A stretch of 49,568 bases of DNA from an uncultured Pseudomonadota bacterium (GCA_964454175.1 CAYVSA010000006.1:1-49568), one strand, 5' to 3'; counted from the first letter of the stretch, positions 9,245 through 19,969 are shown. A program made the numbers and translations. Notes: generated by a model from the letters alone, not told the origin.

Positions 9245-11229
9245 TTATCGCTTTCCTTTTTCCCGGGGCCAGGGTCACCGTCCCCGGTGGCCTGGTCCTG
9301 GCCAAGTATGCCCATCTCATCGAGCTTTTCGTCGCCAAAGACTCCCACTTTACGCGCAGAACTCCGCGACACGTTCTGCATTGCCTGCGAATTGGAAATT
9401 ACCCTGGGAGTCAGGAAAATGAGGAGGTTCGTTTTTTCCGATCTTGTATTTTCAGACCTGAATAAGGGCCCCAGAAGAGGCAGGCTGCCCAGGATCGGAA
9501 CGCGGCTCACGGTTTTTGTCTTATCATCTCTGATCATACCGCCGAGAACAACAGTCTGACCGTTGTGGACTACCACCGTTGTGTCGGCCTTGCGCTTCAG
9601 TGTGGTGGGAGCGAGTTCCTGTGTTCCCAGTGTTTCAGCGACCAGAGATTCAAGTTGGCTGAATATCTTAAGTCTGACGAAACCATCTGAATTTATCTGG
9701 GGTGTCAGACGCAGGGTCAGGCCTACATCCCGGTAGTCAAAAGTGAAAATTGGCTGGTTGTTTGCATCGAATTTCTGGCTGGTCTGGAAGGGCACCGTCT
9801 TGCCAACAACGATCTCAGCCTCCTTGTTGTCTGAAGTCACTATGGTCGGAGTGGACAGGATATTGATCTCCGTATCGGTCTTGAGGGCCCTTATCAGAGC
9901 TCCCAGGTTGGGAAACTCCAGGTCTCCGAAGGTTATTGTTTCTCCGATGGCCCCAACGACCAGCCCGCCGGGGAGCGAGGGAAATGAGACAGTCAGGCTG
10001 TCAAAGTCCCCAAATCCCGAACCCGCAAATCCTGCGACACTTCCGTCAAAGTCATCAGCAACCCTCCACTCGACACCGAGTTCCAGTGTTTTATTGAAGG
10101 ACACCTCTGCAATAAGCACTTCTACCAGGACCTGTTCCCTGGGAATGTCAAGTTTCTCGATGACATCTCTTAAAGCTGAGAACTGCTCCGGTGTCGCCGT
10201 GATAACAAGAGCGTTGGTGGAAACATCCGCAATAATGGAAATATCAGATTTGCCCGATGCCCCTCTGTTAGGGACTGGCTGACCCTTACCGCCTGCCACC
10301 GTAACCGGTTCAATGGGGATACCCGAAAGGACCTTGGCCATCTCATCAGCATCAGCATTCTGCAGGTAGTAAACCTGGATCCTGCCCGTACCCACAGGCG
10401 CAGGAACATCCAGTTTCCTGACAAGGTCAAGGATCTTTTCAAGACCCATGAGATCGCCGATGGCGATGAGGGTGTTCGTCCTCTCGTCGGCAATGATCTT
10501 GGTCGTGTTCCTGCCCGATGCGGAAACAGCAGGCTGGCCCCTTGCGGGCCTTCGTGCCGGAACCGCCGGTCCTGCCTGCGCCTCCAGGATCTGGGTTATT
10601 TTTCCGGACAGATCAGCAACAGGTGCGAATTTAATTGGGATGATCCTGACCTCTTCACCAGCTCCTTCCACATCAACGATGGAAATGATCTGCCCGAGAC
10701 GCGACAGCATGGATTCTGTTGTAGTGATGATCAGGAGGTTTGTCGGGGCGTAGGCTGTAATGCTGTCTGTTTTGGGGAGCAGCGGCGCCAGAAGGCTCTG
10801 GAGATCCTGAGCACTTGTGAACCTGACGGGTATTACCTGGGTCATGTATCTATCGGTTTTGCCGTGTCCTCCTGCGGGTCCCACCTTCATGTCCAGTTCG
10901 CGTGTTCCCATGTTCGCCGCAGGAACTATCTTGAAGATCTTTCCCGCCGGGACCGTGGCAAAACCCTTGACCTGCAGGATGGAGAGGAATACCTGGTAGA
11001 CTTCCTCAGCCGTCAGGGACTTCGGGCCTATTACAGTCACTCTCCCCTGGACCCTGTCGTCGATGAGAAAATTTCTCCCGGTGATCTCGCTTACCGTCTC
11101 GATCACCTTGCGAAGTTCCACATCGTTGAAGTCGATATTATACCTGGTGGCAGCCTTGGCAGTGCTCGGAAGAATCAGGGCAGCAACCAGAATACAGGAA
11201 AACCATGTCCTTGCCATCCGTTGGATCAT
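9241..11229 (-). CDS. gspD: type II secretion secretin D
   Basis: signal peptide, N0-N3 domains, LDIPREQVLVEVLIAEV, secretin domain with VPILGSLPLLGPLFRS and NLLIFLTP. Confidence 0.95.
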   Translation of the reverse strand: MIQRMARTWFSCILVAALILPSTAKAATRYNIDFNDVELRKVIETVSEITGRNFLIDDRVQGRVTVIGPKSLTAEEVYQVFLSILQVKGFATVPAGKIFKIVPAANMGTRELDMKVGPAGGHGKTDRYMTQVIPVRFTSAQDLQSLLAPLLPKTDSITAYAPTNLLIITTTESMLSRLGQIISIVDVEGAGEEVRIIPIKFAPVADLSGKITQILEAQAGPAVPARRPARGQPAVSASGRNTTKIIADERTNTLIAIGDLMGLEKILDLVRKLDVPAPVGTGRIQVYYLQNADADEMAKVLSGIPIEPVTVAGGKGQPVPNRGASGKSDISIIADVSTNALVITATPEQFSALRDVIEKLDIPREQVLVEVLIAEVSFNKTLELGVEWRVADDFDGSVAGFAGSGFGDFDSLTVSFPSLPGGLVVGAIGETITFGDLEFPNLGALIRALKTDTEINILSTPTIVTSDNKEAEIVVGKTVPFQTSQKFDANNQPIFTFDYRDVGLTLRLTPQINSDGFVRLKIFSQLESLVAETLGTQELAPTTLKRKADTTVVVHNGQTVVLGGMIRDDKTKTVSRVPILGSLPLLGPLFRSENTRSEKTNLLIFLTPRVISNSQAMQNVSRSSARKVGVFGDEKLDEMGILGQDQATGDGDPGPGKKESDK

Positions 11230-11233
11230 TTTA

Positions 11234-12151
11234 TCACCTGACTTCGTACTGGAGGGTGAGGTTCTTTGAAAACCTCTCCAGATCGAGGGTTATGCGGCTC
11301 TCCTGTCTCAGCTGCTGGTACATCTGGAGAGCCTGCTCCGGCCCGGTTATGTCAAGGCCGTTCACGCGCTTAATGATATCACCGTTGACCATGCCCAGCT
11401 TCATGAAAAAACTGTTGGGTCGGATATTAAAAACCTTGAATCCATCGGGTTTACCATCCCTGAAGTGGGGAACGATCCGTATCTGAGTCAAAAGCTTGTT
11501 AAAATCGGTTAGCACACCTTCGACCTCCCTGCGGTCCATCACGTAGTTATTTTTCCCCACCTTCCTGACATTTATCTCAGGAGTACCACTTCTTTTTGCA
11601 GAGCTCGCAAACGTCCGCCTGACAGGTCTTCTTGCCGGCGCAGCGGCGTGTTCATCCCTGTTCATCTCCAGGACTTCTTCCCTTCCCTGCCGCAGGAGAA
11701 CGACCCGGTTCCTCTGAACAGAAGCGAGGGTCACTCCATCCCTCACCTCATCTCCCGAAAAAAAGATCTCCTGTTCTTTCGATCCGCTCTGGGAGATCAC
11801 AGCAAAGGACCTTTTTCCCCGTTCGTTGACAACGGTACCGAGAAGGGCGAGAGGGAGGGAACTTTCCGGAAGGTCAGTTGAAAATTCCTGGCTAACAGTG
11901 CTTGCTGAAGCCGGGCCGCCGGTCCTGCTGCCGAAAATGTTGCGCTGGATCACAGCCTGCGCTTCCTTTACAGGATCACTCGATCTTTTGACCGGCCTCT
12001 GGCGCGCCTGCTCCGGGCCAGCGCCGGGAATGTCGGCTGCCGGAGTGAACACCAGGCCCTGGATGAGTTGGGAGACCAGGTATGCGGCCACAGCAATGAT
12101 CACGACATCAGTCGCTGTCAGCAGAGCCCTTATTTTCCCCAGCGTATTCAT
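11234..12151 (-). CDS. gspC: type II secretion protein C with C-terminal PDZ domain
   Basis: TM, RNIFG motif, HR domain (LALLGTV), PDZ (RIVPHFRDGKPDGFKV...LGMVNGDII); directly upstream of gspD. Confidence 0.9.
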   Translation of the reverse strand: MNTLGKIRALLTATDVVIIAVAAYLVSQLIQGLVFTPAADIPGAGPEQARQRPVKRSSDPVKEAQAVIQRNIFGSRTGGPASASTVSQEFSTDLPESSLPLALLGTVVNERGKRSFAVISQSGSKEQEIFFSGDEVRDGVTLASVQRNRVVLLRQGREEVLEMNRDEHAAAPARRPVRRTFASSAKRSGTPEINVRKVGKNNYVMDRREVEGVLTDFNKLLTQIRIVPHFRDGKPDGFKVFNIRPNSFFMKLGMVNGDIIKRVNGLDITGPEQALQMYQQLRQESRITLDLERFSKNLTLQYEVR

Positions 12152-14610
12152 TACAATTCAGGATCCTGGTAGTCTGCGGTTGTAAGGTTGCCGGAGAAAA
12201 TAACCGGATAGGTAAAATTACCAGTTATAAAAAGGTCGACGAGATCGTCATTGGGAGGACTGGTACGATTCCAGTACCACTCCTGGAACTCCTTGTACTG
12301 GAGGTAGGGAGGTATACTGGCGAGGTTCGTCGTCCTGTTGGCGGCCAGGACCTTGAGGATACCGATAAAACCGCTGGGGCTGGCTTCCTGAACAACAGCC
12401 TCGCCGTCACTGTTGGTCTGGTACCTGATCACCATCTGGTTTACGGTGTCCGGGTCGATGGCGGCAGTATCGGCCAGAGATGTCGCAAAGGCTGAAGCTG
12501 GCCTCTGCTTGAAGGCAGCTGTCAGGTTGCTGTCTATGGGTGAACCCATAACAGTGCCTGCAGGCAGGCTGGCCTCCATGAAGGACAGCACTCTCTGGTG
12601 GTCCACGTTGGAAGATGGTGCCGTCATCTGAAGGGAACTGCTGTCTGTAGAAAAGTAATAATATCCGGAGTAGGCGTAAAAGGCTCCGAGTTTGCTGGAA
12701 AAAGATGTTGTTCCGTCATCCTGGGTCACCCTCCAGACATATTCGCCCTGGCCATTGGCCGGGTCCTGACCCAGGGCGAACCCGTTGTAGGGGAATGTCC
12801 ACCCGATTGGATAAACAGTGGACCCCGATGACCACGAAAGGCTGGAAAAGAGCGCCTGGGTATTAGTGGACCAGGTGGGCCCCGTGGTGTCGGCTGTTGC
12901 GCTATCCGGAGTGAGTGTTGTTGGGGTGGCACCCTCTACGTAGTTGCCGAAGGAGTCGTAGGCCCTTATCCCGAAACGGTAGTTTACCCCGTTTATAAAG
13001 CCGGTCAGGGTTTTTACAAAGGGCGTCGAACCAAACGCGGCAATGTCGGAAAAGGACATAGCCTCCAGGTCGGTCACGCTCAGAGCCGTGGGAGCGTAGT
13101 ATATCCTGTAATTTACGGTGGAAGCGTCAGAGGCGATGTCTGTAAAAGTTATAGCCACCTGCCCCACACTGCCGTTGGTGGAAGCAGTGAAGGAGCCACT
13201 ACCAGCCGCAAAGGTGGGAGCCGTGGTGTCGGCCGCCGAGGATGACGTTGGTGTGGCAGTGGCGGAAAGACCTGCAGCATAGTTACCACCCGAGTCAATT
13301 GGTTCTATACCGAACTTGTAGGAGAGCCCGTTCATGAGCCCCGTGAGAACAACCGTACCGGGAGTGGTAGTGGATGCTCTTATCAACCCCTCGTGAAATG
13401 AGAAGTCAGAAGCAGGCGCAGCGTAGATACGGTAGGTAGTGGTGCCTGTTACAGAGGGGGCGGAACCCGCGAAGCTCAACGTTACCTGCCCGCCCAGGGT
13501 GGAATCGGCTGTTGCGGTCAGTGTCGTGGAGGACCATGTCAGGGATGAGCCTGCTGAAACGGCTGTACGCTGGGCCGTGGCTCCGGTCGTATCCAGGTTG
13601 GATGAGGCATCCCGGGCCTTGAGGCCAAAGGTGTACTCGATACCGTTCTTGAAAAGAGCCGCCGGGTTGGAAGACCCCGGGCCGAGTTGAGCCGTTTTGG
13701 CAGATCCATCGTCGGTCCCGGTGACAACACCCCGCAGTACGTAGTTATTTTCCCAGTCCCCACTGACCCAGAGGGTGGAGGGAGCATAATAAATATCGTA
13801 GGAGAAGGCCGACGCATCGGATGCGGCGCCCCACCAGAGGTTGACCTGACCTGAAGTGGAAGCAGCATCGGCACGCTGTAGTCCGGCAAGGGGTACCTGC
13901 CAGTCAGGTTGAACGTAACTGGATGAGGAGGCACTCATGGCTGCAGAGTAATTGGTTGTATCCGCAACACCCAGGGGATACCTGGTGTCGCCGTCATCGT
14001 CCTCCCATAGCTGGAACGTAAAGCTCACAGTGCCGCCGAGGGACGGCTCCTCCCGCCACCAGAATGTCGGCATTATAGTAGATGCAAACTCAGCTGTGCT
14101 TGATGATATGTAAGGTGAAGATCCGACACCATCCGTCAGCCACTGGTTGTCTGCCGGTGAGGCTAATAGCTCACTAACGTAAACAGTCACGACGGTGATA
14201 AACCCCTCCTTTACCGGCACAGTCATAGCGGTGTCTGCAAGGGCGAACCCGCGCCCCGCGTAGGCAACCATTATTCCGTCCTGCGCTTCACCGGAGATGT
14301 GGCTTCCGGCCAGAACGTATCTAATCCCCCCCTGAGGATCGGTCAGGCTGTCGGTGTCTACTGCAAGTGTGTGGTCACCTGAGATCCCCAGGCTTTTGAA
14401 CGCCTGCCCATCTGTTCCCGCAGCACCGGTCACCAGCGTCGAACCGTCGATCACCACACTTACATCGTTCACGGGCGTACCGGCAGGATCGGCTCCGGAC
14501 AGGATCTGGACAACGATCGCCGTTTCCTCCGGAAGGGGGATCCAGCAGCCATTAAGCACAAGAAGAAGAAGCACGAGCAATAGAAGAAAGTACATTCCAG
14601 ATGATCTCAT
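12151..14610 (-). CDS. large Ser/Thr/Ala/Gly-rich lipoprotein with three FnIII-like repeats (819 aa)
   Basis: lipobox LNGC after poly-Leu h-region; three repeats GQV...Y.IY.AP...NG..Y.FG....D...N; no CXXCH; 1-nt stop/start overlaps with alaS and gspC. Confidence 0.8.
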   Translation of the reverse strand: MRSSGMYFLLLLVLLLLVLNGCWIPLPEETAIVVQILSGADPAGTPVNDVSVVIDGSTLVTGAAGTDGQAFKSLGISGDHTLAVDTDSLTDPQGGIRYVLAGSHISGEAQDGIMVAYAGRGFALADTAMTVPVKEGFITVVTVYVSELLASPADNQWLTDGVGSSPYISSSTAEFASTIMPTFWWREEPSLGGTVSFTFQLWEDDDGDTRYPLGVADTTNYSAAMSASSSSYVQPDWQVPLAGLQRADAASTSGQVNLWWGAASDASAFSYDIYYAPSTLWVSGDWENNYVLRGVVTGTDDGSAKTAQLGPGSSNPAALFKNGIEYTFGLKARDASSNLDTTGATAQRTAVSAGSSLTWSSTTLTATADSTLGGQVTLSFAGSAPSVTGTTTYRIYAAPASDFSFHEGLIRASTTTPGTVVLTGLMNGLSYKFGIEPIDSGGNYAAGLSATATPTSSSAADTTAPTFAAGSGSFTASTNGSVGQVAITFTDIASDASTVNYRIYYAPTALSVTDLEAMSFSDIAAFGSTPFVKTLTGFINGVNYRFGIRAYDSFGNYVEGATPTTLTPDSATADTTGPTWSTNTQALFSSLSWSSGSTVYPIGWTFPYNGFALGQDPANGQGEYVWRVTQDDGTTSFSSKLGAFYAYSGYYYFSTDSSSLQMTAPSSNVDHQRVLSFMEASLPAGTVMGSPIDSNLTAAFKQRPASAFATSLADTAAIDPDTVNQMVIRYQTNSDGEAVVQEASPSGFIGILKVLAANRTTNLASIPPYLQYKEFQEWYWNRTSPPNDDLVDLFITGNFTYPVIFSGNLTTADYQDPEL

Positions 14611-17249
14611 CAGGCTATCTCCTCAACGACCTCCCCGACTTTTTCCAAAACTTCCTGCAACCCCTCCGGTTTCTTGCCTCCCGCCTGGGCCATGTCCGGG
14701 CGTCCCCCCCCGCCTCCACCCACGATGGGGGCGAGACGTGCTATGATATCTGAAGCTGAGAACCTGTCTGTGAGATCCCGGCTTACAACGCAGACGAGAA
14801 AGACCCGTTTCCCATCCCGAGTCCCAAGAAACACTATCCCGGAACCGAGTTTGTCCTTGAGCCTGTCCGCCGTTTCCCTGAGAGATGCAGCATCCTGACC
14901 GGCGACTTCGGAGGCCAGGAATTTTACCCCGCCGCCCTCTTTCACGCCTTCCATGAGGTCGGTGCCGCCTCCGGCAATATCCCTTTGCAGGGCCTTTATT
15001 CGCTGCTCCTGTTCCTGCATGGTTTCCATCAGCCTGGCCAGGCGTGATGGCAGTTCACTCACGTTCACCTTGACGACTTCAGATATGCCCTTGAGCATTG
15101 TCTCCTCGCTCCGCATCATGTTGATTACTCCCGTACCGGTGACCGCTTCAATTCTCCTGACTCCGGCAGCAATACTCCCTTCATGGGCAATCCTGAAAAG
15201 ACCGATGTCTCCAGACCTGCTCACGTGGGTGCCTCCGCACAGCTCAGTGCTTACACCCTGCACCGAAACAGCCCTCACTGAATCACCGTATTTTTCGCCA
15301 AAAAGCGCCACAGCTCCTCCGTCCAGCGCTTCGGAAAAGGGCACGACCTTTGTGCTAACTTCCAGGTTCTCAAGGATATCCCTGTTTACCATATCTTCGA
15401 TAAATGCAATTTCTTCTGAGGTAACAGCTGTAAAGTGTGTAAAATCGAACCTGAACCGGTCCGGCTCCACCAGTGACCCGGATTGCTTCACGTGATCGCC
15501 CAGGATGCTTTTCAGGGCGGCGTGGAGCAGGTGGGTGGCAGTGTGATTTCGCCTGATGGCAGATCTTGAATCGTGGTCCACTGATGCCGCAGCCGGGTCG
15601 CCGACCTTCAGGCTGCCTCTTACCAGACGGCCTGAGTGAACAACAAGGTCCGGCACCGGAATTTTCGTATCTGTTACTTCGACAACGAACCCATCTCCGG
15701 AAATATTGCCTGTGTCCCCCACCTGGCCGCCGCTCTCACCGTAAAAAGGAGACTTGTCAAGAACCAGCTCGATCTCCTGTTTTTCCTCTGCAGATTCGAC
15801 GACCTTGCCTTGCGACGAGATGGCAACCACCCTGGCATCACTTGTCTGCTCCGAGTCATACCCTGTAAATACAGTCTTTCCCGCCTTTTTCAGAAGCTCC
15901 CTGTAAAGCGGGGCCACGTCCTCCTGGCCAGAGCCGGTCCATGACGCTCTGGCTCTTTCCTTCTGGCGGTCCATCTCTTCGTTAAATCCTTTTACGTCAA
16001 CGGTCATGCCGTGCTCTTCGGCGATGTCCTCTGCCAGATCGAGGGGGAATCCGAATGTATCGTATAAACGGAACACCTCTTCACCGGGAAGCAGGTCGTT
16101 CCCCAGGCTCCTGGTCTGCTCCATAAGATCAGATATGCGCTTCATCCCGTGTTCGAGCGTACTGGCAAACCGCTCCTCCTCGATCTGCGCGATCCTTTCT
16201 ATCGTTCCCATATTTTCCTGGAGTTCGGGAAATGTGGCGTTCATAAGTTCCCCCACCAGGGGGCAGATGCGATAAAGGAAGGGGCCTTCCAGACCCAGAA
16301 ACTTACCGTGACGCGCAGCCCTGCGGATGATACGCCTTAGAACGTACCCCCTACCTTCATTCGAGGGCAGTACTCCGTCAGAAATGAGAAAGGTAACTGC
16401 ACGGACGTGGTCGGCTATAACGCGGAGGCTCACGTCGCTTTGATCGTCGCTGCCGTATTTGACTCCCGACAGGCGGGACGCCTCCTCCAGGAACGGGTAC
16501 ACCAGGTCAGTGTGGTAGGTGCTTTCCTCCCCCTGAAGAGCAGCAGCCAGACGCTCCAGGCCCATTCCTGTATCGATACTGGGCTTTGGGAGAGGGACCA
16601 GCTTGCCATCCTTGCCCCTGTCGAACTGCATGAATACCAGGTTCCAGATCTCCAGGAACCTGCCGCAATCGCAGTCGGGACCGCACTTGTCAGTTCCGCA
16701 TCCGACGTCAACGCCCTGGTCCAGCAGGATCTCCGAACAGGGCCCGCATGGGCCAGTATCTCCCATGGCCCAGAAATTGTCTTTCTCTCCAAGCCGGAAG
16801 ATCCTATCCGCCTCAACTCCGGCCATCCTTTGCCAGAGATCATGAGCCTCGTCGTCATCTTCGAAAACAGTTACAACAAGTTTATCGACAGGCAGGGAGA
16901 CGATCTGTGTCAGGAACTCCCAGCCGTAGCGGATGGCATCTTCCTTGAAATAGTCGCCGAAGGAAAAATTGCCCAGCATCTCGAAAAAGGTGTGGTGCCT
17001 GGCCGTCCTTCCCACGTTCTCAAGGTCGTTGTGCTTTCCGGAGACCCGCATGCACTTCTGTGTTGATGCTGCCCTCGTGTAACTGCGCTTTTCATGCCCA
17101 GTGAAGACATCCTTGAACTGAACCATACCCGCGTTTACAAAAAAGAGGGTAGGATCATTCTGGGGGATCAAGGGGGAACTCGGTATCCGCGTGTGCCCCC
17201 GATCCTCAAAATATTTAAGGAAAATCTCCCTGATCTCCGATCCCGTCAA
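14610..17249 (-). CDS. alaS: alanine--tRNA ligase
   Basis: NAGMVQFK, HHTFFEMLGNFSFGDYFK, DTGMGLER, editing motifs HTATHLL and ELCGGTH, GGGGRPDMAQAGG; TTG start. Confidence 0.98.
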   Translation of the reverse strand: MTGSEIREIFLKYFEDRGHTRIPSSPLIPQNDPTLFFVNAGMVQFKDVFTGHEKRSYTRAASTQKCMRVSGKHNDLENVGRTARHHTFFEMLGNFSFGDYFKEDAIRYGWEFLTQIVSLPVDKLVVTVFEDDDEAHDLWQRMAGVEADRIFRLGEKDNFWAMGDTGPCGPCSEILLDQGVDVGCGTDKCGPDCDCGRFLEIWNLVFMQFDRGKDGKLVPLPKPSIDTGMGLERLAAALQGEESTYHTDLVYPFLEEASRLSGVKYGSDDQSDVSLRVIADHVRAVTFLISDGVLPSNEGRGYVLRRIIRRAARHGKFLGLEGPFLYRICPLVGELMNATFPELQENMGTIERIAQIEEERFASTLEHGMKRISDLMEQTRSLGNDLLPGEEVFRLYDTFGFPLDLAEDIAEEHGMTVDVKGFNEEMDRQKERARASWTGSGQEDVAPLYRELLKKAGKTVFTGYDSEQTSDARVVAISSQGKVVESAEEKQEIELVLDKSPFYGESGGQVGDTGNISGDGFVVEVTDTKIPVPDLVVHSGRLVRGSLKVGDPAAASVDHDSRSAIRRNHTATHLLHAALKSILGDHVKQSGSLVEPDRFRFDFTHFTAVTSEEIAFIEDMVNRDILENLEVSTKVVPFSEALDGGAVALFGEKYGDSVRAVSVQGVSTELCGGTHVSRSGDIGLFRIAHEGSIAAGVRRIEAVTGTGVINMMRSEETMLKGISEVVKVNVSELPSRLARLMETMQEQEQRIKALQRDIAGGGTDLMEGVKEGGGVKFLASEVAGQDAASLRETADRLKDKLGSGIVFLGTRDGKRVFLVCVVSRDLTDRFSASDIIARLAPIVGGGGGGRPDMAQAGGKKPEGLQEVLEKVGEVVEEIA

Positions 17250-17758
17250 TCCTGTTCCTCCTCAAAGTTGACAGCATTCAGAGCTGTCCAGATGGCCCGC
17301 AGCGTAAAACCTCTGGCTTCCAGAAATCTGTAGAGTGCCGCTTTGCGATCAAAGCCCCGTTTGCGGATCGTCGCGAGTTTTTTCTCTGCTGTGCGGATGG
17401 CTATTTCCCCCTCCCTTTCGAGGGGCATAACCGTATTCAGGGCCCTATGCACAAGCTCTGCATCTACTCCCTTGCGCTTCAACTCGTATTTTATGCGAAT
17501 CCTTCCGTAGCCTCTGCTGTGTCCTCTCGCCTTTACCATCTGGGTGGCGAATTCCAGGTCGTCTAAATAGGATTGGTCCTTCAGCTGCTGCGTGACCGCT
17601 GAAATGACCTCCTCAGAAAAATCTCGCCTGGCCAGGCCGGCCCTGATCTCGCTTTCACTGTGCATCCGGCGGCCCAGCGCGCGTATGGCCCATCGGTAGG
17701 CCGATTTACGGCTTTCTTCGGACTCAGAACTTCTCGATCTCAAGATCGGGATCACCAT
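17246..17758 (-). CDS. recX: regulatory protein RecX
   Basis: RMHSESEI, YLDDLEFA, G..RIKYELKRKGV, L..RGF motifs; between recA/pilT and alaS; start uncertain. Confidence 0.85.
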   Translation of the reverse strand: MVIPILRSRSSESEESRKSAYRWAIRALGRRMHSESEIRAGLARRDFSEEVISAVTQQLKDQSYLDDLEFATQMVKARGHSRGYGRIRIKYELKRKGVDAELVHRALNTVMPLEREGEIAIRTAEKKLATIRKRGFDRKAALYRFLEARGFTLRAIWTALNAVNFEEEQD

Positions 17759-18929
17759 TACCTGCCGGGCCCGCTGATCCGGCACCGCTGCCGCCGAGAT
17801 CCTTTTTCATTCTCTCGAACTCAACCCAGGACTGGTCTGTGGAGTCAATACCCTTGACCTTGAGGGCAAAGTCGTCCGGCCTGCTGCTCTGCCTCAGGGC
17901 CTCGTCGTATGTGATGAGGTTCTTCTGGTAAAGGAACATCAAAGCCTGATCAAAGGTCTGCATCCCGTACTGGCTGTAGCCGGATGCTATCACCTCACTG
18001 AGCTCGTGGGTCCTGTCTTTGTCTACTATGCATTCCTTGACCATGTTGGTAGCCACCATGACTTCAACCGCCGGCACCCTTCCCTTGCCGTCGGCTTTCG
18101 GTACAAGCCTCATGGACGCGATCCCCTGAAGGACGCTTGCAAGCTGCAGCCGGACCTGTTTTTGCTGATAGGGGGGGAATACCGAAATGATCCTGCTTAT
18201 CGTTTCGGTGGCGTCAACCGTGTGGACAGTACTGAGAACAAGGTGTCCTGTTTCGGCGGCGACCAGTGCTGTTTCGATGGTTTCGAAATCCCGCATTTCC
18301 CCCACAAGGATAACGTCCGGATCCTGTCTGAGGGCACTCTTGAGAGCAGATCCGAAGGAGAGTGTATCAGCCCCGACCTCGCGCTGGTTGATCATACTTT
18401 TTTCGTCCCTGTGGAGAAATTCGATAGGATCTTCCACTGTCACGATGTGGGACGTTTTATTATTGTTAATGTGATTGACCATGGCAGCGAGGCTGGTGGA
18501 TTTACCGCTTCCCGTAGTCCCTGTAACAAGGATCAGGCCTCGCGGTCTGAGGGAGAGTCCTTCCAGTATCTTCGGAAGATGGAGTTCTCCCAGCGAGAGG
18601 ATCTTTACCGGGATCAACCGGAAAACCATTCCAATGGTTCCGCGCTGCATGAAAATGTTGACCCTGAACCGCCCCAGGCCAGGCACACTGTAGGCTATAT
18701 CCAGTTCGTTGCTGCGCTTGAACCGCTCTTTCTGGACATCGTTCATGACGCTGAAGGCCATGCCCATAACATCTTCCTGGGTAACCCTTCGCGTTTTCGG
18801 GAGAGAGTGGAGTTTGCCGTCTACCCTCAACACAGGCGGGTTGCCCACCTTTATGTGAAGATCGGAGGCCTTGTATCCGGCAGCCGACTTGAGAAGATCA
18901 TTAATGTCAAGCTCAGTCTGCTCGCTCAT
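17724..18929 (-). CDS. pilT: PilT/PilU-family retraction ATPase
   Basis: [17 protein letters not shown], Walker [46 protein letters not shown]. Confidence 0.9.
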   Translation of the reverse strand: MSEQTELDINDLLKSAAGYKASDLHIKVGNPPVLRVDGKLHSLPKTRRVTQEDVMGMAFSVMNDVQKERFKRSNELDIAYSVPGLGRFRVNIFMQRGTIGMVFRLIPVKILSLGELHLPKILEGLSLRPRGLILVTGTTGSGKSTSLAAMVNHINNNKTSHIVTVEDPIEFLHRDEKSMINQREVGADTLSFGSALKSALRQDPDVILVGEMRDFETIETALVAAETGHLVLSTVHTVDATETISRIISVFPPYQQKQVRLQLASVLQGIASMRLVPKADGKGRVPAVEVMVATNMVKECIVDKDRTHELSEVIASGYSQYGMQTFDQALMFLYQKNLITYDEALRQSSRPDDFALKVKGIDSTDQSWVEFERMKKDLGGSGAGSAGPAGNGDPDLEIEKF

Positions 18930-19969
18930 TCATCATCCCCTTTAACCTTTTCTGCACCCTGGTCTGCGGCTGATGGTAAACCGGACTCCTCGCGAATCTT
19001 GCCTTCGATCTCTTCAAGGATATCAGGATGCTCTCTCAAAAAGGTCCTGGCATTTTCCCTGCCCTGGCCGATACGCTCTTCCCCGTAGGAATACCAGGCC
19101 CCGCTTCGGTTGACGATCCCGGACTCAACAGCCATGTCCATAATGGCGCCCTCCCGGGATATGCCTTCCCCGTTTATCATATCGAACTCTGCCTGCCGGA
19201 AAGGTGGAGCCATCTTGTTTTTCACCACCTTCACCCTGACCCTGCTGCCGATCGGCGTGTCACCATCTTTCAATGTTCCAATACGCCGTATGTCCAGCCG
19301 CATTGAGGAATAAAATTTCAGGGCGTTGCCTCCGGTTGTCGTCTCCGGATTCCCGAACATCACCCCGATCTTCATTCTTATCTGGTTTATGAAGATCAGG
19401 GCAGTGTGGGTCTTACTCACCGCCCCGGTCAACTTCCTGAGAGCCTGGGACATGAGCCTGGCCTGTAGGCCCATATGAGAGTCGCCCATTTCCCCTTCGA
19501 TCTCGGCGCGTGGCACCAGAGCTGCCACGGAATCGACCACGATCACATCTATGGCGCCACTCCTGACCAGCATCTCGGCGATCTCGAGGGCCTGCTCGCC
19601 GGTGTCCGGCTGGGATACGAGTAGGTCGTCGGTTTTAACACCCAGTTTCCGGGCATAGCCGACATCCAGCGCATGCTCAGCGTCTATGAATGCGGCCACC
19701 CCGCCCAGACGCTGTGCCTCGGCCACTACGTGGAGCGTCATTGTCGTTTTTCCCGAAGACTCGGGGCCATAGATCTCGGTGACCCGTCCCCTGGGAATCC
19801 CGCCCACTCCGAGCGCAACATCCAGAGGCAAAGCACCGGTGGGTATTACGGGAATGTCCGGTAGGGCCTCGTCAGATCCCAGGCGCATGATGGAGCCCTT
19901 GCCGAACTGCCTCTCGATCTGCCCGACGGCAGCCTCTAACGCCTTTTCACGATCTGTGTTTTTTGCCAT
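18926..19969 (-). CDS. recA: recombinase RecA
   Basis: [63 protein letters not shown]. Confidence 0.99.
   Translation of the reverse strand: MAKNTDREKALEAAVGQIERQFGKGSIMRLGSDEALPDIPVIPTGALPLDVALGVGGIPRGRVTEIYGPESSGKTTMTLHVVAEAQRLGGVAAFIDAEHALDVGYARKLGVKTDDLLVSQPDTGEQALEIAEMLVRSGAIDVIVVDSVAALVPRAEIEGEMGDSHMGLQARLMSQALRKLTGAVSKTHTALIFINQIRMKIGVMFGNPETTTGGNALKFYSSMRLDIRRIGTLKDGDTPIGSRVRVKVVKNKMAPPFRQAEFDMINGEGISREGAIMDMAVESGIVNRSGAWYSYGEERIGQGRENARTFLREHPDILEEIEGKIREESGLPSAADQGAEKVKGDDE

Noticed and set aside
12151-14610. Multiheme cytochrome as T2SS substrate
   Set aside because: No CXXCH motifs; the only Cys is in the lipobox
16407-17066. 219-aa + strand ORF (likewise 5303-5977, 39336-40127, 43009-43722)
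   Set aside because: All lie antisense to confidently identified genes and show no protein family features
18006-19088. 360-aa + strand ORF
   Set aside because: Antisense to pilT/recA with no recognisable motifs; typical shadow ORF
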